DNA of 64,000 nt, taken from Guillardia theta CCMP2712 (Eukaryota > Protista > Cryptophyta). The stretch is from NCBI RefSeq assembly GCF_000315625.1, contig NW_005434662.1:526307-590306 (forward strand). Direction: 5' to 3'. Position 1 is the stretch's first letter, and the number at the start of each line of letters is the position of its first letter. Positions 1-12,500 of the stretch are shown piece by piece. The notes below the pieces were generated by a model. The model was not told the DNA's origin. It ran no database searches and saw only the letters and a list, made by a program, of their open reading frames with translations. The position numbers and the translations under genes were made by a program.

Positions 1-106
1 AGCATCATCACGACGGCAATTGCCTAATGCGATCAGACAGGAGCACTTTTGTCCGCCCTTTCAAGGCAATGCTTGATCTCATTAGCAGCCTCACAGGGAG
101 GGGAGG

Positions 107-2909
107 ATGAGCTTCCTCCGCTGCTTCTCGTGCAAGGTCGAGCCCGACGACAGCCATGACGGGTCGGGCTCGTCGCTCCAGCGAAGCTTGGAGGAGGCGA
201 ACAAGACGATCTCACAGCTCCAGGCGGAGCTCCAGCAGGCCAAGGATCGTCTGGTCCACCACAAAGACATCAAGGAGAAGCTGCCAAGCATCTCAAGCCC
301 TACTCTTAGAGTTTCAGACCATGAGGAGGAGACTCAAGCTCCAGCCTCGTCATGGCGCCTCCCGGACGAGATCCGATCTACCCTCCAAGAGCTTTTCCAC
401 ATCTCCCACGACCCCCAGCGATCCAAGCTCCTCCACAACGACCTCCTCGTCTCTCTCGGCGTCGACGTCTCGGCCCTCATCCAGCACGCAAGCCCTGGCA
501 AGCTCTCGTACGAGGACTACGAGGTCAGAGTCGCAAGGGAGTGGGAGCTCGCTCGCAAGGCCAGCAGCCTCGCTGACATGGACATGCTCCGCGTCATGGC
601 GGAGTGCATCCCCGGTGGGAGCGTCGAGAGTCCTCTAGCGGGGCTACAGGGGATGACTGCGAGCGCTCTGTCGGCTCTATGGCAGACGGCGATAGCGGGG
701 AAACTGAAGGAGGCGCTGGGGAGGCCGGGGGAGGCTCGAGGGCGGGAGGCAGGAGTCTGTTCGACCTTGCACAATAGCAAGTACTCTCTAAACGAGGCAG
801 AGGCTACAGACAGCGAGGAGACGCGCGAAGCCGTGTACGGGAAGATCGAGGAGTACTACCGGGGGCTGATCGACCGGATTGGGCTGCCTCAGACAGGACT
901 GATGAAGGCGATGGAGGAAGAGCACTGCCGGGGCGAGGACGCAGAGGAAGGGTTTACGACGAGCAACTACGGCATCAGGACGACAGCAAAGGAAGAGTGG
1001 CTGAACGTCACAGACCCGGAGAGGAGGCAGAGGCTGTCTGAAGGAAAGCGGATCATCCGAGGGATAGAGGAGCTGAGGGAGCATGCGATGACGATCAAGG
1101 CGGACCTGCGGGAGGAGGAGCTGATCGCGCTGCAGCTCTACACAGGTAAGCAGGAGAGAGCGAGGCAGGAAGTCTTTGTTGGATGAGACAGGTACCACAG
1201 GGCCGTTGTACTACAAGTATAACTCCATCCTCCGAGCCCCAGACCAGGTGGCCAACAAGTACACGACGACCCTGCACTGCATGGTCAGCGGACTGGTCAA
1301 GCTGGCTCGTCACACGCCTCTGACGGAGGATCGGCGAGTGTGGAGGGGGCTGAAGGGGCTGAAGCTGCCGAAGAGCTTCCTCGAGGAGGACAAGCTCGGA
1401 GTGTCGGGAGGGGTCGAGTACGGGCTGCTGAGCACGACGACAGACGTGGGGACGGCGATCCAGTACGCGGAGGAGGGTGCAGAGCCGATCGTGCTGGAGA
1501 TCAGCTGCGGGGCGATCGACCGGGGGGCGAGCTTGGCGTTCTTGTCTCAGTATCCCGGGGAGGAGGAGATCTTATATCCTCCGCTGTCTTACCTGGAGGT
1601 GCTGAAGAAGCCGCGTCAAGAGGTGATGGAGGGGAAGCGAGTGAAGGTGCTGCAGCTGAGAATCAACGCGAACGTGATGAGCTCGACGATCGAGGACATG
1701 CTGGGGAAGAGGAAGCAGCTGTATGCGGGGCTGATGGAGAACATCGCGAGGGAGGTAGAGCGAGACCTGAGGGAGTGGGAGCCGGAGATCCAGGAGCGAC
1801 TGAAGAGTGCAGTTGCTGATAGGTGTAACCGGCGTGATAGGGTGCTGTTGGAATCGATTAAGGAAGAATGCCGCACGCTTGTCGAGGCGAGTAGACGGAG
1901 GGAGGCAGAGTGGTACAACGAGGACTCGAGATACAAGGAGGCAATCGAGCTGTCCAACTCGATGAAGGACATGGCGATCAACAAGCTCAGACATTGGATC
2001 GAAGACACTCAAGGAGACTGGAAATGCCCAGCTTTGACAGGCGACTCGATGAAGTCAGTGTACTGGAAGACGATGGCTGGTCTGATGTTCAAGATTGCCT
2101 CCCTGACTCCAGCAGACAGTGGCAGACAAGAGCTGTGCAAGCGACTGTGCGGGATGTACGGCTTGTCGATCGCAAGCGAAGAAGAGCAGGCGGAGCCGCC
2201 GACAGTCACAGCAGTCGTACGAGGGCAGGGAGAGCTGATCCCGCTACTGAAGGCGGCAGGATGCGACATGGATGGGCGGATAGAGGACGGGAGGACAGGG
2301 CTGCATGTAGCGGCGATGCTGGGGAGGGCGGGAAGCGTGAGGGAGCTGATAGAAGCAGGAGCGGAGGTAGGAGCGAGAGACGGGGAGGGGAGGACATGCA
2401 TTCACTGGGCGGGAAAGTATGGACATGTGGAGGTCCTGAAGAGGTTGAGGGAGATGTGTGGGGTAGAGAAACTGAGAGATTATGTAAGGGAGAAGACGAA
2501 TGACGGCTGGACATGCACGCATTTGGCGAGTGTTGGAGGGCAGGTGGAGACACTTCGGTACCTTGCAGAGACATGCGGGAAGGTGCTGCTGAGCGAGAAG
2601 ACGAATGACGGCTGTACGTATGATGGCTGGACATGCGCGCATTTGGCATGTCAACGAGGACAGGTAGAGGTACTGCGGTACCTTGCAGAGACATGCGGGA
2701 AGGAGCTGCTGAGAGAGAAGACGAATGACGGCAGGACTTGCGCACATGTGGCAAGTCTAGGAGGGCAGGTGGAAGTACTGCGGTACCTTGCAGAGACATG
2801 CGGGGAGGAGCTGCTGAGAGAAAAGGACAATTTCGGAAAGACGTGTGCTGATGAGGCAAGTGAACACGAACCTGTTGTCGAGTATCTTCAAGGTATGGGG
2901 ATCGAGTAA
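107..2909 (+). CDS. Mono-ADP-ribosyltransferase (R-S-E / cholera-toxin-like clade) with N-terminal coiled coil and C-terminal ankyrin repeats; 2 exons, intron 1146..1200
   Basis: ORFs 107..1186 and 1176..2909 join through a GT..AG intron (1146..1200) to give LYTGPLYYKYNSILR. ART motifs: VWRG (catalytic R), LLSTT, YPGEEEILY (E-x-E). Ankyrin repeats: GRTGLHVAA, GRTCIHWAG, GWTCTHLAS and others. Confidence 0.88.
2490..2840 (+). repeat. Near-identical 105-nt tandem coding repeats (ankyrin units)
   Basis: Units start at 2490, 2595, 2715 and 2820 (partial) and share cggtaccttgcagagacatgcggg. Unit 2 carries a 15-nt in-frame duplication. Confidence 0.9.
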
Positions 2910-4053
2910 TCTCAGACTGATTTTATAAGTACAACTGCGAAAACAAATATGTCCTACCATCGTGGCATTGCTTTATGCTTGGGCTCAGGTAAAATGTGCA
3001 CCGCAGGATCCAAAGGGTCCAAAACCTCGAACGAACGAGAAAGTGGGGATTACTTTCGCTGGCCACGATTAGCATTAAATCACAAGGAGTTGGAGGCAGG
3101 TTCTACATGCCACTTCTGCTACCTATGGGACGATGGATATATCTCCTCATACCGCACGATAATCAAATTATTCACACAATAGACACAATCGACACAATTC
3201 CATACCCACCACTACGGAGATGGCTGAAGAGGTTCCGAGAAGAACTCGAGAGGCACACAGGATGCAGCTGGAAGATGGAAAGCAAATTTAGAACTATGAT
3301 TTCAGGGCTCCACCTCATCTTTACCCGAGCAGCTCACGTGCTGTGGGAAAAGATCTCGGGAGAGGAGCAGGTATCTGCTCTGAAACAAGGTGGATGGAGG
3401 ACATGTCAAGCTGCACACTTATGATAGATAGAATGCTAGTATCGATCTGCATAAAGATAGGAGAAATAGATGTAAGAGAAGCACTAACAGTCATGAAGGA
3501 ATGGGGGAATGTACCAAGGAATATCATACTGCGACCTTGTGCGACAGTTGATCACGGTTCTTGAGAGCATCGACTCATTGAAAAACAATATCACAGCAGG
3601 TATCAAAGTGACAACAAAACTGATTCATCTTGTTCCTAGAAGACATTACACGACGTAGACTGTGATGTGCTCATACACAGGTAGGTACCGAGTCTCCGAA
3701 ACACTAAATTGTCATGATTTTTTTAATGACTGAAAAAGAAGGCAAACTACAAATCCGCCTCAACAAAATACTAGGAAAGGGAGGAGTGGAACTGGAGTAG
3801 CGGTTTCCAGAGCGGTTTCACCTGCGAGAGGGCTGTATGAGGGCTTGATCAGCACTTTCCTGGGGCGGGTCGGTTGAGTTTTATTTAGCCCCCGATGCCG
3901 TCGGGGATCTGAAGCAGAAGGTTGCGATGGCGTGGGAAGCGAAGAGAAACCTTGTGAGGGGACGAGCCTCAAGTCAAGTAGTCATAGTAGTTGAAGCATG
4001 CCTGCAACGAGGGACGGGCAGGTAGGATGACCTCTACTTGACCTTCTCCTCCT

Positions 4054-4074
4054 CCCCCCCCCCCCCCCCCCCCC
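4054..4074. repeat. poly-C tract (21 nt) upstream of the OGT-like gene
   Basis: Direct read of the homopolymer. Confidence 0.95.
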
Positions 4075-4124
4075 GCGCAAGCACACGGCTTGCTACCACG
4101 TTGTCTTTGTCCAGCAGGCAGGCG

Positions 4125-7100
4125 ATGAGCGCTGCCAGACTTTCAAGCTACAATCGTACCGTCCTCTTGGTCGCACTTACGCTTTGGATTTCTAATCCTG
4201 CGAATGCTAGGAGGAAGAAGACTAGTCAAGATGTCCATCCGTGCGATTCTTTCGAATCCTTCCAGGAGGCGATGGAAGCAGCAAACAATCTTGCAGCTTC
4301 GAGGAGGACGAGAGAGGAGAGCAGATGCCTGCAGAGAGCTATTCAGCTGTCTCCGCGCCACCCTGAGCCCTTCGCTCGCCTGGCCGAGATCGCGGTCACT
4401 GACGGCCAACACCTCCAGGCTCGTGAGTATGTTGAGCAAGCACAGCGACTGTCACCAACCTCATCCAAGGTGCTGTCGATATCGGCTGCCATCTACTACT
4501 CCCTTGGTGACCTGCAGAGATCAGTGGCCGACTACGAGGCCGCCATGCTGCAACAGGATGGCCTGACGATGCACAACTTCAACAACCTGGGGATCTCGTA
4601 CGCGGCCAGCAACCAGCACGCTTCTGCGGTGCGATCGTACAAGTCCGCCCTGCGCCTCTGGACCCCTGAGTCGGGTATGATGACGACAAGCATTCTTCTG
4701 AACCTTGGGAACACGTTCGTCGACCTGAGAAGATTCTCTGAGGCCTTTGCCTCCTACCGGCGCATCCTTCACCTAGATCCCTCGTACGCCATCGCCCATT
4801 ACTCACTTGCACGTGCTCTTGATCGTGCAGGAAATCCCCTCGAAGCTCTCTCAGTCTACAGACAAGCGACGATGGCGGACCCGTACCTTCCTCACGCCTA
4901 CAGCAACATGGGCATCACCTTGTTGAATCAGAATCGACCCAATGACGCTGTCAAGGTGCTGGAGTATGCCGTCCGGTTGCGACCGATCTCTGCTGAGTTC
5001 GACAACTTGGGGGATGCATATGGTGACAGTACGAGGTACGAGGACGCGATCGCAACCTATCAGAAGGCGATAGACGTGGCTCCCAACAGGATCTACCCCA
5101 AGTCCTACTACAGTCAGCTGCACTACCTGATCCACACTTGCAACTTCGACCGTCTGAGGGAGGCCTGCGAGAACCTTGAAAACACCTTGAGCTGGGAGCT
5201 GCAGACAGGGCAGGAATCCGGAATGACTCCGGTGGAGGCTCTTGTGCTGATCGGAACTTACACCGACCACAGCTTGTTTCTTCGCGTTGCCCGGAATTTC
5301 GCGACCCGTTCACTTGCCCGGGTGAAACAGGCAGGTTGGGTTCCCTTCAGCAAGCACGCAAGGATGAAACCTGGGAAGAGGCTCAGGATCGGATACATCA
5401 GTGGAGGGTTTCGACATCATCCGGATGGAAAGAACATGCAAGGAGTGTTTGAGCAGCACGACAGGTCGAGGTTCGAAGTTTTCTGCTTCAGTTTGAAGAG
5501 AGATCATGGCACTCCCGTTCAGAGGAAGCTTCAATCGACGTGTGAGCACTTCCTGGACTACACAGACCTAGACAACTATCATGCAGCTTCACAGGTCAAC
5601 CAGCTTGGCATCCACGTCCTCTTCGACGTGAATGGGTACACCGGCGAAGGCGTGCGGCAGCAGAGGAACATTATCCTCGCCTTGTCCCCAGCAAAGCTCC
5701 AGGTGAACTTCTTGGCTTGGGTCGCAAGCAGCGGCGCTTCTTTTATCCAGGTTCCCTCAGTTGGCTCAGGATGGTTGATGTGACTATGTGGGCAGTACTT
5801 GGTCTCCGATAAGGTTGCGAGTCCACCTGAGTTCGTTCAAGACTACTCGGAGAAACTTCTGCTATGGCCACACTGTTACTTCCCCTCCGACCTCCGACAA
5901 TCAGGGGGAGAGATCCGCCTGCCCAAGGTTTTAGGCCTGTCCAAGGTTGATATTGAGAGGTTCTAATCGTCCATGTCCAGGGGAGGGCGCTGAACAAGAG
6001 GAGGTCTGACCTGGGGCTCCCTCGTGACGGTCCTCTGTTGTCAGGGTTCAACCAGTTGTGGAAGATAGACAAGGCGTGTAACTCAATCCTTTTTCCCATC
6101 GGAGGAGCTGATGTCTTGATGTAGAGACTGTTCCTGACTTGGATGGACATCTTACGACGAACGACTGAGGTGAAGGCAACATTCGTTATCGCTGCGTGTT
6201 TGCAACGTAACGTCAACGCAGCATCACACAACCCTCTGGCTTCCTCTGTTTCCAGATGTGGCCAAACCGCAGCTGATGCGAATAGCGAGAGCAAAGTTGG
6301 GGAAGGTGGAACGCAACTGGGCAGTCTACACACGTTGTAATGCTGACGTCAGAATGCAACGACGAGGATCGTATGGACGAATCTGTTTGACGAGAGCGAA
6401 CATCTGCAAGTGAAGAGCCTTGCAACCATGCAGGTCCTGACTTCTCCTCCTCCCTCTCTCCATCCTGCTGCTCGTCTGATCATTGGACAGCTCGACACCT
6501 TCCTCTACTGCGGTCACACGTCGGGCGCCGACATTCTCTGGGCTGGCGTACCAACCGTGACGCTTCCTGGAATCATGCAGGTCCTTCCTGTTTCTCAGTG
6601 ACCGTCACCTTTCTTGTGACTTGATCTAGTCGGCGCGAGTCGGCGCGAGTCTCCTCAAGGGCCTCAGCCTGCACGGCCACCTGGTCGCCAGGTGCGGTTG
6701 CAGGCTCACGCGACTTTACATAACTCAGTCCGGAGCAGGACGGCAGAGGACTATGCGGATGTTGTAGTGAGAGCGATCCGAAGCCTGCAAGCCAGCGGCG
6801 AGTCGAAGTGGCTGAGTGAGAGAAGGAGAGAATGTGCGGGAGTGACCTGAAGTGGCGGATGCGATGATACAATCAGGTTCGGTGAGGGCGAAACTTGCAA
6901 CGGAGAAGCAATCTGGTTCGTTATTTGATGTCTCAAAGTGAGATGAGCCTTGCTGGGTCCATTCTCTCATGATGCAAATGTTACAGGTGGGTAAAGTCCA
7001 TGGAGTCAGCAGTCTCTATGGCCTGGGATATCGACTCTTTCAGGTTCTTTGTGTCTATGTTTTGGATGTCAATCGCGATTGACGTGCATAAATGTAATCG

Positions 7101-7146
7101 CAGTTTGAATCCAAGAAACGTCATCATCTCAGGACATGTTTTCTAG
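4125..7146 (+). CDS. OGT: TPR-containing O-GlcNAc transferase-like protein (GT41, OGT/SEC type) with predicted signal peptide; multi-exon, 3' end approximate
   Basis: Multiple TPRs, then RLRIGYISGGFRHHP, HDRSRFEVFCF, GIHVLFDVNGYT. Downstream exons give FNQLWKIDK and LDTFLYCGHTSGADILWAGVPTVTLPG. Confidence 0.88.
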
Positions 7147-7189
7147 CGTAGTCACGTCCTCGCATCGCCATTGCGTTATCGCGTGATGA

Positions 7190-9295
7190 TCATTCTGCTG
7201 AAGCGTCTGCCCGATGAGCTTTTCGATGATTTTCTGCCGTTGATTCTTGATTAACATCGATGCATTTGCGAATTTGCTCTGATGCTGTAAATACAAAACT
7301 CAGGGGAATCTCCCAGAGAAACTTATTACCTGGATCTTGAGGTAGCCTCGCTCGAGACTTGTAAGAATCTGAGATTCCAGCCATACATCATTGCTCTTGC
7401 ACACCTTCACATGTGCCTGACAGAGGATTCTAACGTGGAGCAATCATTCCAACTTCGTAAAGGTGAAGCAGTCAGACCTTAAACCTTCTTCGAATTCGCA
7501 AATTTCATCCTCCATGAATAAACTTGCAAAAGACATTCTGATCCATACATCCAGTTCAAGATCGTAACTGGACCCTGAAATCATCTGCATGCTAGCTTCC
7601 AACATTTTCTTTGCATCTTCGACCTGTACGTTAATATCATGTGAATTCAAAAGAGGAGATAGCAATGGTTTACATTGGAACCAGGACCAGCTCTTCTAAG
7701 GTAAACAGCATTCACTGACAGGAATGCTGCTTCAATCCACCTCGAAAGATCGCCTTGACAGTTCTCTTTGATATTTCTTATTTCCTTTGTGAGGCTCTGA
7801 AGCTGATAAAAGATGTTTTCGTTGATGTCATCTAGGCTCAATAGTATCATGCAAGTGTACAATGCAGCCCACATTCTTTCACTGCTGTGTTTAGAACGAT
7901 GACGAACCCTATCCAAATGCTCAATAGCGATTGCTGGGAGTTTACATCTCCAAAGATACTTTGCAATAAGACAATGTGTAGCTGTTGCGAGATCATCTCT
8001 TATACATTCTGGCCTTATGTGCTTCAAGCTTGATGATTTCACAATGGAGCAAAGTCTTGATATAGTGCTTTGTGCACGCAACAATTCGAATTGATCAAGT
8101 TGTATCGAAGCTGCCCTTTCAAGACATGTTGCAAACAGGATGAGATGAGAAAGGTTTTCATCGTAGAAAGTGGACATCTCATGAACCGGTTGTTCGTCTA
8201 GGCAAAGTTTTCGTTTCTTTGTGCGTCCCTCCGACTGGTCAGCTGCTGAATCCACTTCATTCATTCGACTTTGGGCCTTCAGAAACAAGGAGCAACCCTT
8301 TGACTTTTTTTGAGACAAGTTTGCAGTCGGATCGCAGGTGCCCAACTCTTCACAACCTTTCAAATGAAGGTTCAGAGCTTCCAGGATTCTTGCGCTGCCG
8401 ATGCAACAACGTGAGGATCGAAAAGTCTGCAAAACCGCAAGCTGATGTTGCCGGGCAGGTGCAAAGATCCGATGGAATGTTGGAACTATTTTGCTCGACT
8501 GCTCACAAACGGGAAGAGCTTCTTCTCCAGAGAGGTTGTATATTCTCCTCAGGACCTGGTGATACTGTTGGATTTGTATGCATGATGTGCTTGCTTGTCC
8601 ACCATTCAAACGCTCCATGATGCCCGATGCTGCGTTCAAGTGCTCTAGAGCACACGGCCGGTTGTTTGACCTGGACCTCAAGATGATTGGTGTGTCATCA
8701 CAAGTTGAGATCACCTGAGCTCTATGTGGGCGGCAGCCAGGCAGCAGATGGCAGTCTTGTCACTGCTGCTCTCCTTGTCAATCGCAACCTTGATGCAGCA
8801 CCTGGCGCCCTCAATGTCCCCCTGCATGACATGCACGGAGCTCTGCACGAGAGCAACGTAGCTCACGCAGTCTCTGGACTCAGAACTTAGTGCATGCTCG
8901 AGTGCGGCAGACAGGAACGCATGCGCTTGCTTGAGGTCCCCCTCCCGAACGAAAGTCTCCGATATCATCAGGGACATGTACGATTTGATCTCATCGGCGC
9001 CCCGGGAGACCTCGAAACTCTTGATGCACTTGCAAGCTCAAAACTTCAGGCAGAACACGCTCGTCCTTGACACGCTCACCTCCAAGGCCTTGCGGAAGTG
9101 TGAACGTTCGTCCACGACATTGTCGGTGTAGGAGCGGTAGAGGCAGCCCAACCGGACATGCAGCCTCATCAGCTCGAGGTTGAACAGCTCAGCTGCTCTG
9201 CTCGCGATCGTCTCCTTGAGGAGAGCGATGGCGGCGGCTACGTGACCTCCTTCCTCTAGCATGCGCGAAGCATGCAACAAACCCTCTGCCTGCAT
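7190..9295 (-). CDS. MAU2: MAU2/Scc4-like cohesin loader subunit (TPR-like helical); multi-exon
   Basis: N-terminal exon LMRLHVRLGCLYRSYTDNVVDERSHFRKALE resembles the MAU2 N-terminal signature (recalled as EARTHLQLG..L..HT.N...AR.HLEKA). Successive minus-strand ORFs are separated by short introns. Confidence 0.6.
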
Positions 9296-9402
9296 CTTTT
9301 GGCGGGAACGGGATTGCTAAGTTTTCAAGAGTTTGTGGCACTTTGACTTTTTTTTTGAGGGACTTTTTCGGTTTTCAAGCTAGAGCTAGCATGCGTTGTG
9401 TT

Positions 9403-9473
9403 GAGGAGGAGGAGGAGGAGGAGGAGGAGGAGGAGGAGGAGGAGGAGGAGGAGGAGGAGGAGGAGGAGGAGGA
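9403..9473. repeat. (GAG)n microsatellite, about 23 copies
   Basis: Direct read. Confidence 0.95.
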
Positions 9474-9520
9474 CGGCTGCTGACCGACGAGCACACAAGA
9501 GCAGAGGAGGAGGATTCCAT

Positions 9521-12500
9521 TTACACACAAGAGACGTCATTGCAAGCGCGAGCCGCCTCTCACTGCCAGCATGGCTCTCGTCGATATACCTTACCCTAGA
9601 ATGCTGCATGGCCCCTGCGGCCTCAAGGACTTGGCTCCAAGGACTTCTCCAGCTTCAGCTTTGCTAGCCTGAGAGCCCCCAAACGTCTCAGCGGGAGTGC
9701 TGAAGAGCGTCCCCACTCCCCACTCACCTCTCCTGCAGGCTCAGGAACGAAGACCGTTTGTGCAGCTCGGAACCTGTGACGTGGGTGAGGATGAGAAAGT
9801 TCGCGGCATCGCACGCGCACCAGGGGTTTCAACATGAGCGCTGGGAGGAGGAGACTCCATCATCTCGCCGCTGGTGTTTTCTTCCCTAGGGCTATGGAGA
9901 CTTTAGGCAGAATCTATAGAGGAAGAGTAGGACAGGAGGAGAGGGGATAGGAGGATCGGGCGAGAGGAGGAGAGGAGGAGAGCAAGAAAAGTGGCAAGGA
10001 AAGTTACCTCTGATTCGCAAGCAGCGAACGGAGCTGGTGAAACTTTTGGATCAACGGCGAAGTTGCGGAGGGACCTTTGAAGCACGTCAAGTGCTTCTTC
10101 TCCTCTGCAGCGCTGGTCTCCATCGACGTTTCGTCCTGCGAACTGTCATCCTGTTGCTCGCAACATGAGCCATGCTTGCTCTCCACTCGTGCGTGTATCT
10201 TTGCCAGGCCTCTCTTGACGTGGACTCGGAAGTCTGCTGGGCGATCCGACATGTAGTCATCCAGATCAAAGTCGTCGTTCTCCTGGATATAGTCGTGCAA
10301 GCTCTCGAAGCCGGATCGTGCAACAGAGGAGTCCTTGCTGACTATCTGGTCAAATATGCTGTGCACCCTTGAAAACGATTCGGAGCTTTCCTTGGTCATC
10401 TTTGCGCCTTGTTGTTTGAACACCAGCTCAAGGTAAGAGCAAAGGATGGGATTGCTGTGAACAGGTATCAAAGTCAGATGATTCTTGATAGCTGTCCCTT
10501 TCAGCTTGACCAACTCGTTCAAAATCATCTTCAACAGACGCAGGGGCCTGAATTCCTTCCCTTTGTATTGGGACGGCGGGTGTGCAGTCAAGAACTTGTG
10601 TATGTCTCTCAGAAGAACGTCGATGTTCATGTCGTCCAGGAAAGTTGAAATTCTCCTAGTCATTTCCAACAGACACCGCAAGACACCATCAATGAAATCA
10701 AGAGTTGGTTCCCGAAGGCCCGACAAAGGAGCTTGATCGTAAAGAAAGTTGATCAGGATGGTAAAAACTGCATTCGGCCGCGCGAAGTGAAGCACATCCA
10801 CGACCAGCTCATTCATAGAGCGAACAACCTGCTCCATCATCTCGTCGTCGTGGAGATGCGGATCATGCAAGGTCCATAACAATTCTTCCATGAGACGACT
10901 TAAGACCCTGTCGCTCACAGTCTTGGCCGCTGTGGGGACGCTTGACAACAAGTAGTGAAGGGAGCGAAGGGCATCTGTGACTCCTTTCCGTGTATCCGTA
11001 TCATCCCAAGTCCCCCCAGTTGCAATACTCTCACCGACAAGTGTGATAAGAGTATCAACAATGATGTCCACATGAGCTAGGACTTCGTCCGCGTCCCCTC
11101 TTGTCTTGATGGAGTCGATGATGTCACATAGTTGAAGAACAGCTGCTGCTTGCTCTCGAGCTGTTGAGCTCGCACGAATGTCGTCGATCAATGAGCAGAT
11201 CATATTGTGCATGTTTTGATCACAAAACAATGATTTCTCTGCTGATTCGAAGCGCCTTTCCCCATGAGCCGATCTGGAAGGCTTGAACGGGTCCACACTG
11301 ATCAAGTCTACCATCGGCTTGTGCACAGAAACATTCTTGTCGCCATGCAAGGAATGAGATTTCATTTCCATGGAGGACCTAACCGCAAAGCCATGTTCCT
11401 TCACCGTCAGTGGCGATTCTGAATCGCTTTCATGACGGGGCAATCTCTCATGAGGGTAATTGGAAGGGGAGGGTTCTTTCATCGACCCCCGGCAGAGTTT
11501 CATTTTGTTCAGTTTTGTGTCTATCAGGTCCTTGTCCTTGATCTCCAACTTACTCAGGTGCTTCCAGACCTTTTCACCGATCATGCTGTATACCGCAATA
11601 ATGAACTCGATGGCCGAATTTCTAACTGACGCATCTCTCTCCGAAACAAAGGTACCTATAGTCGATATCACCTTGCCCGGATTACTCGTGACCTCGTCCA
11701 ATCCTTTTTCTTGAACCATGTAGCAGGCTACAGAAAGACATTCTGCCTTGGCCCGTTGATTTCGGGTGTGGAGCAAAGTATCCAGAAGGAGATTGAAGAA
11801 CTTGCTCGCTGGATACAGCGCAACAAGGATCAGAAGAGCTTCTCGGATCTGCTTGCGGACGTTCTCGTTGTTGGCTCCGACTTCTTCCATCAGGCAAGGC
11901 AAGCACATTTGCGCTTCATAGTCAGATAGGCAGTAGTTTTCCTTGGTCAAGAAATCAAACAGATTCCTCAACAAGTCCAAAACTGCCAACACAACAATTG
12001 TGTTGTTTCCTTTGCCAACCAGACGCAAGGAGCAAAATTTCAGGATCATATCCAGATTGTCAATCACCTCTTCAGCTTCAATTTGAAATGAATTCCCCAT
12101 AATTCTCATGCCTTCCACTTGCTTTTTGAATTCCTTAGAGAAAAGTTTCGAGTGTATTTCAGAATCTATACATTGAAACATCTGCTCGCTCATGGCTTGT
12201 ACCAAACTTTCGACCTCTTTGGCGTTGTCAAGTATCCATTTGAATTTCCCATGTCGCTTTTCTCTCAGGTCCTTTTGATTGGTTCGCCGAAAAATCCTTT
12301 GATTCAAGTTTGAAGGTGCAGATGCGGCAGATCCTTGGGAGGATGAAATGTTCTCCATAGCGTCAGGCTTCAGAATACTTTTTCTTACCATGGATGTGGC
12401 AGTTGAAGGCCTGCTCAACGAAAGACTCTTACGAGAATTCCGTGTTTCGCTGTCTTTCTCTCTGAACTTCGCGCTTGAGATGTTCCTTGACAACAGCGAG

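Noticed and set aside
4204-4566. LQLRGG motif in an alternative-frame ORF
   Set aside because: It lies in a shadow frame of the OGT coding exon, so it is a chance occurrence.
9325-9667. Poly-Arg and poly-Leu ORFs
   Set aside because: They are artefacts of translating the (GAG)n microsatellite.
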